Origin: a virus
IMG/VR virus record: IMGVR_UViG_3300008108_000011
Span: 32,001-96,000 of that record
Length of the DNA stretch: 64,000 bases
Reading direction: 5' to 3' (one strand)
Both the position numbers and the translations under genes were made by a program. The first letter of the stretch is position 1, and every line of letters begins with the position of its first letter. Of the stretch, positions 50,038 through 60,539 are shown in pieces. The notes under the pieces were generated by a model that ran no database searches, was not told where the DNA came from, and saw nothing but the letters and a program-made list of their open reading frames with translations.

Positions 50038-50317
50038 AAATATGACTGAAATCCATTTATTCGTGCAGGAAGGATGTAGACCCTGCTTGTATGCTGAAAC
50101 ACAACTGAAGAAGGTTGATGGTTGGGAGAATGTTGTCACCATCACCAACGCTAAAGAGGGCAAACAGTGGACTCAGTTTGCTACTGATTGTGGAGTAGTT
50201 GCAACACCAACTCTAATTGCCTTGATTGATGGTGTAGTGGTTGCTAAGATTGAAGGGTCGAATAACATGACATCAGACTTTTGGAGGGCTACGGTAGAGA
50301 AGCATGGGAATGTTTGA
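50027..50317 (+). CDS. Thioredoxin/glutaredoxin-like protein
   Basis: LFVQEGCRPC active site and VATPTLI cis-Pro motif. Confidence 0.8.
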   Translation: MNNKNMTEIHLFVQEGCRPCLYAETQLKKVDGWENVVTITNAKEGKQWTQFATDCGVVATPTLIALIDGVVVAKIEGSNNMTSDFWRATVEKHGNV

Positions 50318-50699
50318 TTACTTTCGTTCGTCCTATGATTTGGGTGAGCAGTTTACAAATGTGGTGTGTCAAACCAAAGATATTGAGGATGGTATTGGTG
50401 GCACAATGACAGACTATTGGTTAGATCCCAATGGTCTGTTATGGTATCCAAGCTATATTGGATGTCACACAATGGAAATCTATGAAGAAGGTCATCCAAA
50501 GTATAATCCAGATAGAAAGTTTTTAAACTTTGAATGGATTCCAACAGGCGTTCGTGGTAAGTATCAACCATGTATGCTTACAAAGTATATTGAAGTCTAT
50601 CCTGCCAACTGGAAAGGCAAATGGGAAGATTGGCCTCGCTTGCGCTTGCACCTGAAATATGGTAAACTACAAGACCACACTGATGTGACAGGGCGATGA
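50304..50699 (+). CDS. Hypothetical protein, 131 aa
   Basis: Starts MGMFDYFRSSY..CQTKDIE; tiled within the operon. Confidence 0.65.
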   Translation: MGMFDYFRSSYDLGEQFTNVVCQTKDIEDGIGGTMTDYWLDPNGLLWYPSYIGCHTMEIYEEGHPKYNPDRKFLNFEWIPTGVRGKYQPCMLTKYIEVYPANWKGKWEDWPRLRLHLKYGKLQDHTDVTGR

Positions 50700-51861
50700 G
50701 CACAACAACTTTCACTTACAAAAGCGACGAACTGGTGTGCATGGGTGAACGCTACCCAGGCAAGACACTGACAATCTCAACAAAGTGTGACGACCTCAAT
50801 GCACACGAGTTGCTTGACATTTTTAAATCTTTCATGTTAGGATGTGGTTATGCCGAAAAAAGTTTCTACGATGCCTGCTACGAAGTCTGCCAAGAACACC
50901 CGCGCTATCGCCAAAGCGGAAACGGATCAAAACTGGGGCAAACTGACAAAACAGAAGAAGGATACAAAGATCCCTACACCTACCCAACAGGAATGTAGTC
51001 TTAAACTCAGCAATGACCCCGCTAAGTTTCCTCACACTGGTTTCCCTATTCGTCTAGAATACAAAGACGGCAACGACAAGAAAACCTGCTGGTTTCAATG
51101 CTACGACCACTACATTAAACATATCACACGATACAAAGTAACTGACTATGAAGCAATCACGAATGATGTGGCGCTGGTGGGCAAAAGCACTGGGGCAAAA
51201 AGCAAGCAACAAAGATCACGAAGCAGATAAGGTTGCTATCATTCGCACTATTATCTTCGCTACATATCTTGTTACCAACTGCTTTATTGTAGCTGGTGTA
51301 ATCAGGCACTGGAATGACAAACAAACTATTAACATTGAAATCTATGAAACTCCAAACTATTCCGAAGTCTTACACTCAGAAGGATGGAACAATCTGGGAG
51401 TGGCAAGAAACACCAGAGTTGAGGGCGTATATCACTCAGCAACAATCAAAAATCGCAATGGTGAATTTGAATGAACCTCCCAAACGAGCATCCTGAAATC
51501 GCAGAACATGAATGGATTGATGATACATTCCGTGTTGAAGAGACTCGCTGGAAAACTTACAGAAGTTTTTCCAAAGATGGTAAAGAACTCGTCACCTCAT
51601 TACAGCGAGACTCTTGTATTAATGCAACCAGATTTTACCTTAAAGGATGCCAAGAAGGTTGGGTTGCTACCCAAACATATGAGGGCACAGTAGGTGGAAA
51701 ACTCTAAAGATTACCCATACCATGAGCTAGACCCAACTACGCCATGGTATGAGTTTTTAATGTATTGTGAGATTTGTCATCAGTTGGGAGTTAAAGACCA
51801 ACCTAAGTTGGGCAGATATCATGCATATCGTAGGTATTTAAAATACATGGGAATTATATAA
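50696..51861 (+). other. Chain of six overlapping small CDSs (50696-50998, 50850-51230, 51163-51474, 51344-51496, 51471-51707, 51694-51861)
   Basis: Each ORF starts inside the previous one in the next reading frame. 51163-51474 has a predicted TM helix (IIRTIIFATYLVTNCFIVAGVI). Confidence 0.55.
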
Positions 51862-51937
51862 TTGTTACAAAGTGTAAAGTAAATAAAAATAAAGTATTAA
51901 GAAATCCCCATTTATCAGCAAATCCACATAAAATACT

Positions 51938-52753
51938 ATGGTAACCGCCAAAGAAACCATGACAGATCAAGAATGGAAAGAACTGACAGAAATGCGAGAT
52001 TGTATTCGCAAATCGGGTTCAGTTACTGCATTCGACAGCAAATACATGGAACATTATACTTATCTTCTTGCTAAATCTCTTCAAGGAAAAGGTGATGGAG
52101 TAGTATACAATGACCGATAAAGAACGCTTGACATTTCTTGAAGATAAGGTTAAAATTCTTGAGCAAGAAAATATAGAAACTACCAACGCATTATATGAGC
52201 TGGAGAATCGTCTTCAGGCACAACTTGATGCGTTGATTAATTATACTATGATGAATAGAAATTGGGAAGAACCAAATGACGTATACTGAAGATTCTCTCA
52301 CAGTTACTGAGAATGAAGATGGCACACTTGGAATTGAGTGGGATTCAAATGACCCAAAATATATGTTCTTAAATGAAATGACGCAAGATGAGTTGCAAAA
52401 ATATTTCACTAGGGCTCTGGAAGAATTCATTAAACAATATGAATCTACAGGATCTTAAATATATGGCACAATATAGTGATGAAGAACTGATGCAAATGGA
52501 ATACGATGCCATGAAGAAAGAAAGAGATTCTTGGCGTCGTAACTTTGAAGAATTAAAAATTAAATATCAAGAACTTCAAAATTTATTTGTAGAGACAGAT
52601 GATGAACTTAACGAGTATCGTGATAAGTTCGTTAATGAATCTATTCAGCATGAGTATTTGAAGAATGATTATGGATATTTGATATCGGATATGGAAGAGC
52701 TAAAGAGTAGAGTATCTGTTCTTGAAGCAATGCTAAAAAATTTAAATGCCTAA
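51938..52753 (+). other. Four small hypothetical CDSs (51938-52120, 52110-52289, 52276-52458, 52439-52753 coiled-coil)
   Basis: Tiled + strand ORFs. Confidence 0.55.
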
Positions 52754-53339
52754 TATAATAGAAAGATTTTGTTTCCGAGAGATTATAACTAAGTTTGCTG
52801 GTTGTGAATCAGTGAATGATAGTTGTGTCTCTTTTGTGTATGAAATGTTAAATGATAACAATGTTCGCAAGAACAAGTTATCAATTCGTGAGGGTGTGCA
52901 ACTGAGAGATATGCACACAAATGAGACATGGTGTGAGTTGTTTGAGAAAAATGTATCTGCAATATATGATACCGCATCAGATTGGATAAAACATTCTTGG
53001 TCTATTGATGATCTATCTGATGTTGCATTTGGTATAAACAATATGTGGATCAATTATAGCCCGCCAGGTGCATATAATGTGTTACATCATCATCCACATG
53101 CAAATATATCTGGTGTTTTCTACTTGAAAGCAGAAGAAAATTCAGGTGCAATAGTATTTCCACATCCATTTCCTCATGAGCTAAGTGCATCTAGATCACA
53201 TAGAGTATATCCAGAACCAAACACAGGATTACTATTTTACAGTGGATTGCAGCACTACGTTGATGTAAATCATTCAGATGCTGATAGAATATCCGTATCA
53301 TTTAATATAATGGTAACTGATCGCTCTCATCGTTTCTGA
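52746..53339 (+). CDS. 2OG-Fe(II) oxygenase-like protein (TIGR02466-like)
   Basis: MWINYSPPGAYNVLHHHP..ISGVFYL..PEPNTGLLFYSGLQHYV..RISVSFNI. Confidence 0.8.
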   Translation: MPNIIERFCFREIITKFAGCESVNDSCVSFVYEMLNDNNVRKNKLSIREGVQLRDMHTNETWCELFEKNVSAIYDTASDWIKHSWSIDDLSDVAFGINNMWINYSPPGAYNVLHHHPHANISGVFYLKAEENSGAIVFPHPFPHELSASRSHRVYPEPNTGLLFYSGLQHYVDVNHSDADRISVSFNIMVTDRSHRF

Positions 53340-53404
53340 TAAGTAACACTAATCGATCACCTATTGACTCCTGCCTCTGGATGCCCTATATTACCTAGGT
53401 AATC
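53339..53404 (+). promoter_or_regulatory. Early promoter, class A
   Basis: ATAAG-N5-CTAAT(53339-53353), TTGACT(53364)-17-TATATT(53387), downstream ACCTAGGTAATC. Confidence 0.75.
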
Positions 53405-53415
53405 GAGAGACACCG

Positions 53416-53764
53416 ATGCCTGACACCTACGGATTCGGCGGCGATGCTATCACCTTCCTTGGTTTGGTTGGTGTTGTATCTACGCTGATCATTGTTGTTA
53501 CTTCTTTCCGACGCTACTACAATTCTCCTCTTCGCAAATGACTTACGTTGTTAAACTCTACGTTGGTGGTAAAGTCTTTGATGAAGAAGTTATTGCCACC
53601 AACCCACAAGATGCGCGTGAAACTGCACTTGCTCGCAATCCAAAAGCTAAAATCGTTGGTGTTAATGTGAAGTTCTAATGAACATTGTTGACCTTTCACT
53701 GCTTGCCACCTTTGTTCTTTTAGTGGGTGGCATTGTGTTTTTCTTCAAAGCAATTTACCGTTAA
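53416..53764 (+). other. Three mini-CDSs (53416-53541, 41 aa TM; 53538-53678, 46 aa; 53678-53764, 28 aa TM)
   Basis: Hand-translated and coupled by overlapping start/stop codons after the promoter. Confidence 0.55.
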
Positions 53765-53769
53765 TCATC

Positions 53770-54159
53770 ATGGCAACTCGCTCTCGCATTGGTATTCAAC
53801 TCGCTGACGAATCTGTGCTCTCAGTGTATCACCATTGGGATGGTTACCCTGAGTGGCTGGGTCGCATTCTTCGCACTCATTACAACACCAAAGAGAAAGC
53901 TGCTGAACTCATTGATGGTGGCGACATGAGTGTTGCTTGGAATGATGATCATCAACCAGAGTATTATTCTGCTCGTGGTGAAGATTGCCCTCCTCGCCTT
54001 GATGAAAACAAATATGGTTATCTGTGTGGTAACAACTCTGGTGAAGAGTATGCTTACCTGTTTGTAAACAACGAGTGGGTGTGCTATAATCTTCACCTGT
54101 TTGAAGAAAACACTATGCCTACTGTCGCTGAAATCCCTACTGGTGCCCTTGCTGTTTAA
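53770..54159 (+). CDS. Conserved phage hypothetical protein
   Basis: MATRSRIGI..SVYHHWDGYPEWLG..L..HY motif recurs in phage proteins. Confidence 0.7.
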   Translation: MATRSRIGIQLADESVLSVYHHWDGYPEWLGRILRTHYNTKEKAAELIDGGDMSVAWNDDHQPEYYSARGEDCPPRLDENKYGYLCGNNSGEEYAYLFVNNEWVCYNLHLFEENTMPTVAEIPTGALAV

Positions 54160-54174
54160 TTTTTGAGGTAAATT

Positions 54175-54588
54175 ATGACTCGTTACAAGGATCCTAACAC
54201 TTCTGTTGCTATTGTTTTTGGTTCTGGATTTTTAGTTGTGGTTACTCTACTGTTTTTCGGTGGCCCACAATATAATGTTTGGCAACAATCGCTAGCTGGT
54301 AAAGCAGAACTTCAGAAAGCAGAATATACTCGTCAGGTAGCAGTGTTGGAAGCACAAGCAAAGAAAGATAGTGCTCAACAACTTGCTGAAGCAGAAGTGA
54401 TTCGTGCTCAAGGTGTTGCCAAAGCAAACCAAATCATCGGTGATAGTCTGAAAGATAATCGTGAATATCTTCAGTATCTGTATATCACTGGTATTGAAGA
54501 TGGCGCTAAGAATGGTAACGTGACCATCTATGTTCCGACTGAAGGTGGAATGCCTGTTCCTACTCTGTCATACGATAAGCAACGCTAA
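54175..54588 (+). CDS. Membrane protein, SPFH/prohibitin C-terminal-like coiled coil
   Basis: N-terminal TM helix, AEAEVIRAQGVAKANQIIGDSL..YLQYL coiled coil, IYVPTEGGMPV tail. Confidence 0.6.
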   Translation: MTRYKDPNTSVAIVFGSGFLVVVTLLFFGGPQYNVWQQSLAGKAELQKAEYTRQVAVLEAQAKKDSAQQLAEAEVIRAQGVAKANQIIGDSLKDNREYLQYLYITGIEDGAKNGNVTIYVPTEGGMPVPTLSYDKQR

Positions 54589-54643
54589 TCAATCAGGGGG
54601 TTGACCCCCTCCCCTTTTTCCCCTATACTACTAAGGTAATCAA
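54575..54643 (+). promoter_or_regulatory. Early promoter, class A
   Basis: ATAAG-N5-CTAAT(54575-54589), TTGACC(54601)-17-TATACT(54624), then ACTAAGGTAATCAA. Confidence 0.8.
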
Positions 54644-54647
54644 AGGA

Positions 54648-55027
54648 ATGGCATTGAACTACTTCAACACCAACATTGTTGCTCGTCACGATGATATCAT
54701 GACTCTGAATGCTTGGCAGGTTGATTTCTTCAACATGATACTCAATTTTCCTTGGTTGAATGATGCCGAGCGTGACTTCTACGAGGATGAAATGGCATCC
54801 TATCTTTGCTACGACGTTTGATTCTTTTCCAAAACACTTCGCTTTTTTTTATTATGACTAACCAACTGATGATTTCCATGCTCAAGCAAGCTAACACTGG
54901 CGAGGAAATGCTGAATGTTCTTGATGCTATCACTAGTGTTGATGAAGAAAAAGAAACTGTTGCGTTTGCTATGATGCCTAGTTCTGGTATGATTCTCAAC
55001 CACAAGGGTGAAGAAGTAGTGTTCTGA
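54648..55027 (+). other. Two small hypothetical CDSs (54648-54821, 54854-55027)
   Basis: Hand-translated ORFs downstream of the promoter. Confidence 0.5.
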
Positions 55028-55042
55028 TTTATTAACATGGGG

Positions 55043-55071
55043 TTGCCAGATCCCCTCAAAACTGGTATAAT
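55043..55071 (+). promoter_or_regulatory. sigma70 promoter
   Basis: TTGCCA-17 nt-TATAAT. Confidence 0.75.
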
Positions 55072-55128
55072 ACTCTCATGCTCAAAGCGAATTGCAATTT
55101 GAGCAACCACATTATTTAATTAAACACA

Positions 55129-56178
55129 ATGAAAAAAGTTAAATTTGTTCCTGGTCAAGACTTTGATGTGACAAGTCTTGAAGTAACTGCAGAGGATGGC
55201 CCTACTCTGCGTCTCCTTGAATTTAAAGGATTTAGTGTTCGACGAGTAGATGAGATTGAAGTCTCAAAGTGTAACGCTCCTCGTAAGACAGAATATACTC
55301 ATGGGAATGTTGATGTTCTTGAAGGTTCGATGAAAGAAGGTTGGGCAGTTAAACTGTGGCCTCTTGCTATCTTCCGTTCTGCTGATGGCACTGAAGTATT
55401 GTTTGATGGTCGCCACACTCTTCGTGCTATGAAGAACATTGGAGTTTATTCTGCTCCTGTTGCTATCTATGAGCGTGCGGTGACAGGTAATCCTGTGCTG
55501 GATTCTATGTCTGATGAAACTGCACTGGGTTTGATGGGTCTGTTTATCAACGCTACTGAGGGTGGATATGTAAACGCTGTTCAGTGTGATTTCACTCGCA
55601 TGATTTCTGCAGCGTGTGCTGATGAATCTATCCCTCTCACCAACAAGAATGTTCGTCTGCTGATGGATATTTGTGGCGTGAATATTCGTTATAACCATAA
55701 ACCAACTGTTACAGCTATCTATAACGCAATCACCAACCAAACAACTTCATCTGTGCGCGTGTTCAATACTACGAAAGAAGAAGTGAAGAAGTATATTACT
55801 GACAACCCGTTCTTTGGTTATAACAACACTTCTGATGAAGATGGTGTAACTCTTCGCACGAAGATCATCGACCACCAGTTTAACTATCGCTACGCTGGTG
55901 ATATTCTTCGATGGTATTTCGAGTCTGAGAATGGTCTTCGTGTTGCTGTTTCCAGCAAGGCAGGAGATGAGAAGAAAATCGAAGACGAACGCGAAGAGAT
56001 CTTGTCTTATATTGAAGAGATTTATCTCAACAATGCCAAGCATTATGCATCTCGTTTGCGTGAGAAATTTGGTTCTCTGATTAACCTTCCCGAACCTTCT
56101 CTCGATGACTTGAATGGTCTTGAACTTTGGGGAATTCCTCAAATTGAAGGAGAAAATGCATCAGTTCAGCTCTTCTGA
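55129..56178 (+). CDS. ParB/Srx-like N-terminal domain protein, 349 aa
   Basis: SMKEGWAVKLWPLAIF..VLFDGRHTLRAMKNIG resembles the ParB/Srx P..V...DG.HR..A motif. Confidence 0.5.
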   Translation: MKKVKFVPGQDFDVTSLEVTAEDGPTLRLLEFKGFSVRRVDEIEVSKCNAPRKTEYTHGNVDVLEGSMKEGWAVKLWPLAIFRSADGTEVLFDGRHTLRAMKNIGVYSAPVAIYERAVTGNPVLDSMSDETALGLMGLFINATEGGYVNAVQCDFTRMISAACADESIPLTNKNVRLLMDICGVNIRYNHKPTVTAIYNAITNQTTSSVRVFNTTKEEVKKYITDNPFFGYNNTSDEDGVTLRTKIIDHQFNYRYAGDILRWYFESENGLRVAVSSKAGDEKKIEDEREEILSYIEEIYLNNAKHYASRLREKFGSLINLPEPSLDDLNGLELWGIPQIEGENASVQLF

Positions 56179-56186
56179 TCTATAGC

Positions 56187-56241
56187 ATAAGCAACGCTAA
56201 TGGGCAGGGGTCTTGACGATCCCTGCTTTTTCCTGTATATT
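56187..56241 (+). promoter_or_regulatory. Early promoter, class A, overlapping a terminator-like hairpin
   Basis: ATAAG-N5-CTAAT(56187-56201), TTGACG(56213)-17-TATATT(56236). The GCAGGGG/TCCCTGC stem with a T-run encloses the -35. Confidence 0.75.
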
Positions 56242-56263
56242 ATATTTGTTGAAACGACACGGC

Positions 56264-57514
56264 ATGAAACTTCGCTCTCACCAACCTCGCACCATTGCCG
56301 CCATGCAGAAAGCATGTAAAGGCATTGTAATTCAACCTACGGGTGCTGGCAAGACTCTAGAGCAGATTCTGCACTTGCAGGGGCGTCTAGATGCCTCTCA
56401 GAGCGGTCTTACTGCAGTAATTGTTGCTCCGCGTCTGCTCCTGTGTAATCAATTGTCTGACGAATATCTGCAGGTAATTGACACCAAGAAGGTTCACATT
56501 TTGCACGTTCACTCTGGTGAAACGCACCACTTCAGCAGCACCAAATCTGATACGATTGCACTGTTCAACAATACTGCTCGTGCTGCTGGTGAGTCTTGCC
56601 TGATCTTCACCACCTATCATTCTCTGCATCGTATTGTTGATGCTGGTATTGATATTGATGTTGCTTACTTCGATGAAGCACACAATGCTACCAGCAAGCA
56701 ATTCTTTCCCAAGACTGCTATGGTATCTGAGATGGCAAACAACTGCTATTTCTTTACTGCAACGCCTCGTCATTCTAAGAATCCGAAAGGTCGTGGCATG
56801 AACAACTCTCTGGTGTTTGGTGATGTGATTGAGATCACGCCTGCACAGGAACTGATTGAGTCTGGTAGCATCATTCCTCCCTCGATTCAGATTCACGAAC
56901 AACCTGCAGTTGCTCGCACTAAAGCTAACGCTCACGAGTGTGATGCCAACACTGTGCTGGAGATTGTAGACAATCTCGATGCTGAGTCTGGGCAGAAAGT
57001 TCTGATCGCTGCACCATCCTCCAAGATCATTTGGAACATGGTTGCTGCTACTGCACTGCTGCAGGATCTATCTGAGCGTGGTTACGATGTGATGCACATC
57101 ACTGCTAAGCACGGTGCCTACGTTAACAAAACCAAAGTGAACCGTGAGGTATTCTTTGACACGCTGACTGCATGGGGCAAAGACCCCAACCGTAAGTTTG
57201 TGGTGTTTCACTATAGCATTCTGTCTGAGGGTATCAATGTTCCTGGTCTGACGCATTGTGTGCTGCTTCGTAACCTCAACATTGTGGAGATGGCACAAAC
57301 CATTGGTCGTGTAATCCGCATGAATGTGGATGATGCGCGTGATATTGCGGAAGGCAAACTCACTGCTGGTGACCTGGGTAACTATCGCAAACCGTTTGGT
57401 TTCGTGACTGTGCCCATCTACGGTAACTATGGCGCACAGATTCAGAAGCGTCTGCAGAATGTTGTAGATGCTATCTTCGTCAAGGGTGTGCCGCCCACTT
57501 CCATTATTGCATGA
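56264..57514 (+). CDS. SF2 DEAD/DEAH-type helicase (type III restriction Res-like)
   Basis: PTGAGKT (I), FDEAHN (II), FTATP (III), LSEGINVP (V), QTIGRVIR (VI). Confidence 0.88.
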   Translation: MKLRSHQPRTIAAMQKACKGIVIQPTGAGKTLEQILHLQGRLDASQSGLTAVIVAPRLLLCNQLSDEYLQVIDTKKVHILHVHSGETHHFSSTKSDTIALFNNTARAAGESCLIFTTYHSLHRIVDAGIDIDVAYFDEAHNATSKQFFPKTAMVSEMANNCYFFTATPRHSKNPKGRGMNNSLVFGDVIEITPAQELIESGSIIPPSIQIHEQPAVARTKANAHECDANTVLEIVDNLDAESGQKVLIAAPSSKIIWNMVAATALLQDLSERGYDVMHITAKHGAYVNKTKVNREVFFDTLTAWGKDPNRKFVVFHYSILSEGINVPGLTHCVLLRNLNIVEMAQTIGRVIRMNVDDARDIAEGKLTAGDLGNYRKPFGFVTVPIYGNYGAQIQKRLQNVVDAIFVKGVPPTSIIA

Positions 57515-57599
57515 GTGTCAAGGGGCGGCAGCATGACCTGTTGCCCCATCCCTGCAGCCAGATCACCGAAAAAATCAAAAGTATAATATAGGAGACACA

Positions 57600-57815
57600 A
57601 TGATCACCAAAGATGGATATGCAGCAGTGCCATGGGGCACCAGATACGTTATACTTTACAATGGAGAGCAGATTTCAGACGTTGCGACGGCGGAAGAGGC
57701 GGTAGCATACATTCGAAATGCTCAAAAAAGCACGAATCAAAAGCAGCCCCGATCGACCACCCCCAAGACCCATAAGAAAAGCAAATCGAAAGGGCGCTTG
57801 ACACTCGACCCCTGA
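57600..57815 (+). CDS. Hypothetical protein, 71 aa, basic C-terminus
   Basis: TATAAT and GGAG RBS upstream. Confidence 0.65.
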   Translation: MITKDGYAAVPWGTRYVILYNGEQISDVATAEEAVAYIRNAQKSTNQKQPRSTTPKTHKKSKSKGRLTLDP

Positions 57816-57840
57816 TCCCCTATACTACTAAGGTAATCAA
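57798..57840 (+). promoter_or_regulatory. Early sigma70 promoter
   Basis: TTGACA-17-TATACT. The 23-mer CCCTATACTACTAAGGTAATCAA is identical to 54621-54643. Confidence 0.85.
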
Positions 57841-57851
57841 CGGAACACCCT

Positions 57852-59726
57852 ATGACTGACTATCTGCTCATCACCTTCGGTCCTGCTGAAGATGTAGAGC
57901 GTAACGGTTGGTATAACTGCAAAGAGCGTTTTAATTACAAAGGCGCTGCTATTCGCAAAGGTCTTGATTCTCTTTGCATTGGTGGTTGTTTTGGTTATGT
58001 TGTGATTGAAGAGGGTGAAGATTGGTGGGAAATTGTTGATGAGTCTGGCACTGAGAATGCTAGCATCACTGCTAATCGCTTCACTTTCACTGTTCAACCT
58101 GCTCCCAAACTGGTGATGGTCTGATGAGAACCACTTACATTTTCCTTGTCTTTATTGGCATTTTGATGTATAATGTTTTTCTGATTCAACGTGATCAAAA
58201 AATGTTTGAAGCATACGATAAAGCGTGTGCTACACTACCTCAACCTCACCCTGATTGTCACTATGCAAAACAACAACCTCGATGATGCTTTACTCGATAT
58301 TGATGAATATCGTGAGAAAGAATTGATTGATTACTATGTGGAAGATCTAGAGCGTCTTGCTGCAGAAGCACAAGTGACTGTAGATTATTACATTGCAGAG
58401 TTTGTATGAACACACTCTCGATTCCTAATCTTCTTTATGAAGAATTGATCATGCTACAGGATATCATGGTGATGCTCGACAAATCTGATTTTGCATCAAA
58501 TCTAGATCCTACAGAGCGTGAGATCTTCAATGACCTTTACACTAAGATCATTCAATCATAATGGATAAAGTATCACACTGCCCAGCATGTAATAGTTTAT
58601 GGCATACGCTAGCTATACCTGAGCATTTACATGATCAGTATTCTCCACCATACTATTACAGCACAGTGATTGCTGTTCAATCATGGGAGACAGATCGCAC
58701 ACATTACTATTTGTGTCCTGATTGCGGAACCAAATTTGACCTTTGCGGAACTGTTAAGAACGATGACGCCAACGCTTGACATGAGCTGGCATCCCTGGTA
58801 TGATGCTCTCAGTTCAGACAAACCAATGATCGACAACAACAGCGGTATTCTCTACCAACGCAACTTCAAAGAGTTGGTATGGTATCAAGAGTATATCTAT
58901 CAGAATGGTGATCTGATTGGTGAGATCTTTACTAACATCGATGGTGTTGGTTACAATCTCAAGAAAGCAACAAATGTAAAAAATCTGCATGGGCAGTCTA
59001 TTGTTGTGATGGAAACGATTGCACAGTTCAATACTGTTGCAGATGCCAAAGAGTTTGTTAATCAAGCAGGAGGTCTTTGATGACTAACAAGATTGTTGAT
59101 TTATTGATCCTTGAATTGAAACTCTATATAGAGGGTCATACAGCAGCATCCATTTCAATTGAAAACTATCGCCGTGGTATTGCCACGCTCTACAAATGAT
59201 TACTACTATCATGGCTGCATTTGCGTTTGGTTATTGTGTCACTGATATTATTCAAAACTATCGTGCCAACAAACGCATCGAACAATTTGTCAAAGATCTG
59301 GAGAAACCCGAATGATCACTCTACAAACCATCAATCCCACCACCTATAAAGTGGTTCTTCAAACCGAAGATCTTACTGAAGAAGAGCGCACTAAACTGAT
59401 CAGAAAGCGTGACTTCTTCCCTGCTGAGTTTGTTCACGCACTCATTGATCTTCTCCCACCTGATCAAACATTTGACACATACGATCACTATAACATGACT
59501 CTATATGTCAAATGAACAGCAATACAATGAATTAATCGATTGGGCGGGGGATCGTATAGATCTCCTGCTCTCTCGTAGTAAAGCATGTAAAACATCACAA
59601 CGTAAAACAACACATAGACTGAACGCACAAGCATTAGAAGAAGAGTTCTTTGATTGGTTCGCTGCTAGACATTCAGACTCTACTCAAAATGTTCTCTTCA
59701 TACCCTATCATGGAAAACTATCCTAG
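57852..59726 (+). other. Cluster of small hypothetical CDSs (57852-58124, 58124-58285 TM, 58263-58409, 58561-58779 Zn-ribbon-like CPAC/CPDC, 58826-59080, 59312-59515, 59505-59726)
   Basis: Tiled + strand ORFs; internal promoter TTGACA(58776)-17-TATGAT(58799). Confidence 0.55.
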
Positions 59727-60345
59727 GTGCTCTACTGTAGGTGTCATTCAAACTCACCTACCACATACAATCATTGATACAATTAGAACTGAATGCCACG
59801 CCTACGATAATCAAATCAAACAAGCAAACACATTCAATAATAATACTAATTACCGTAAGACATTCATCAAAGCAATATCATCCTATGAATGGTTCGCTGG
59901 TATGCTCTGGCATTATATCTCACGAGCTAATAGAGAGAACTTTCTATTTGATATCACCTGCCTAGAGAATGAAGGATTAAATCATCTCATCTATCCTCCT
60001 GGGCATTACTATCATTGGCATCAAGATCAAGCATTGACATCATGCCTTCGCCCAACAATACTACCATCAGTCTATAACTCTACAATACAAGAGTCTTTGA
60101 CTGTAGAACACCAATGGATAAGAAAAATTTCTTTCTCATTACAACTAACAGATAGTAATGACTATACAGGGGGCGATCTACAATTCCATAATAATAATTA
60201 CACTAAGGAAGGAGTAATCACTGCACCTAGAGAGAAAGGATCATTGATTATATTTGATAGTAGACTATCACATAGGGTAACAAGAGTAAGAGAAGGAACA
60301 AGAGAAGCATTGGTAGGATGGGTATTAGGACCACGATGGAAATAG
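59710..60345 (+). CDS. PKHD-type 2OG-Fe(II) oxygenase
   Basis: YYHWHQD, RKISFSLQL..DYTGGDLQF, KGSLIIFDSRLSHRVTRVREGTREALVGWVLGPRWK. Confidence 0.88.
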   Translation: MENYPRCSTVGVIQTHLPHTIIDTIRTECHAYDNQIKQANTFNNNTNYRKTFIKAISSYEWFAGMLWHYISRANRENFLFDITCLENEGLNHLIYPPGHYYHWHQDQALTSCLRPTILPSVYNSTIQESLTVEHQWIRKISFSLQLTDSNDYTGGDLQFHNNNYTKEGVITAPREKGSLIIFDSRLSHRVTRVREGTREALVGWVLGPRWK

Positions 60346-60386
60346 TTTTCCACAGGGTTGTGGAAAAAGTATAGAGTTTTTCCACA
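60344..60386. repeat. Cluster of three DnaA-box-type 9-mers (TTTTCCACA)
   Basis: +60346-60354, -60359-60367, +60378-60386. Confidence 0.75.
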
Positions 60387-60539
60387 GATTTAAATGTGTT
60401 AAAAAATAGTATTGGGTTTTCTATGTGCTTCGTAGAATGTGTCTACAAATAGTCTGATGATACTGTGAAAGGTCTCAGAATCTTCAGAGTTGTTGTAGTC
60501 TTAGCACGCGAGCTAACGAGTTGTCAAGCGTTTGTCACA

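Noticed and set aside
57522-57547. GC hairpin after the helicase as a Rho-independent terminator
   Set aside because: The stem GGGGCGGCAG/CTGTTGCCCC is present but has no T-tract, so its function is unsupported.
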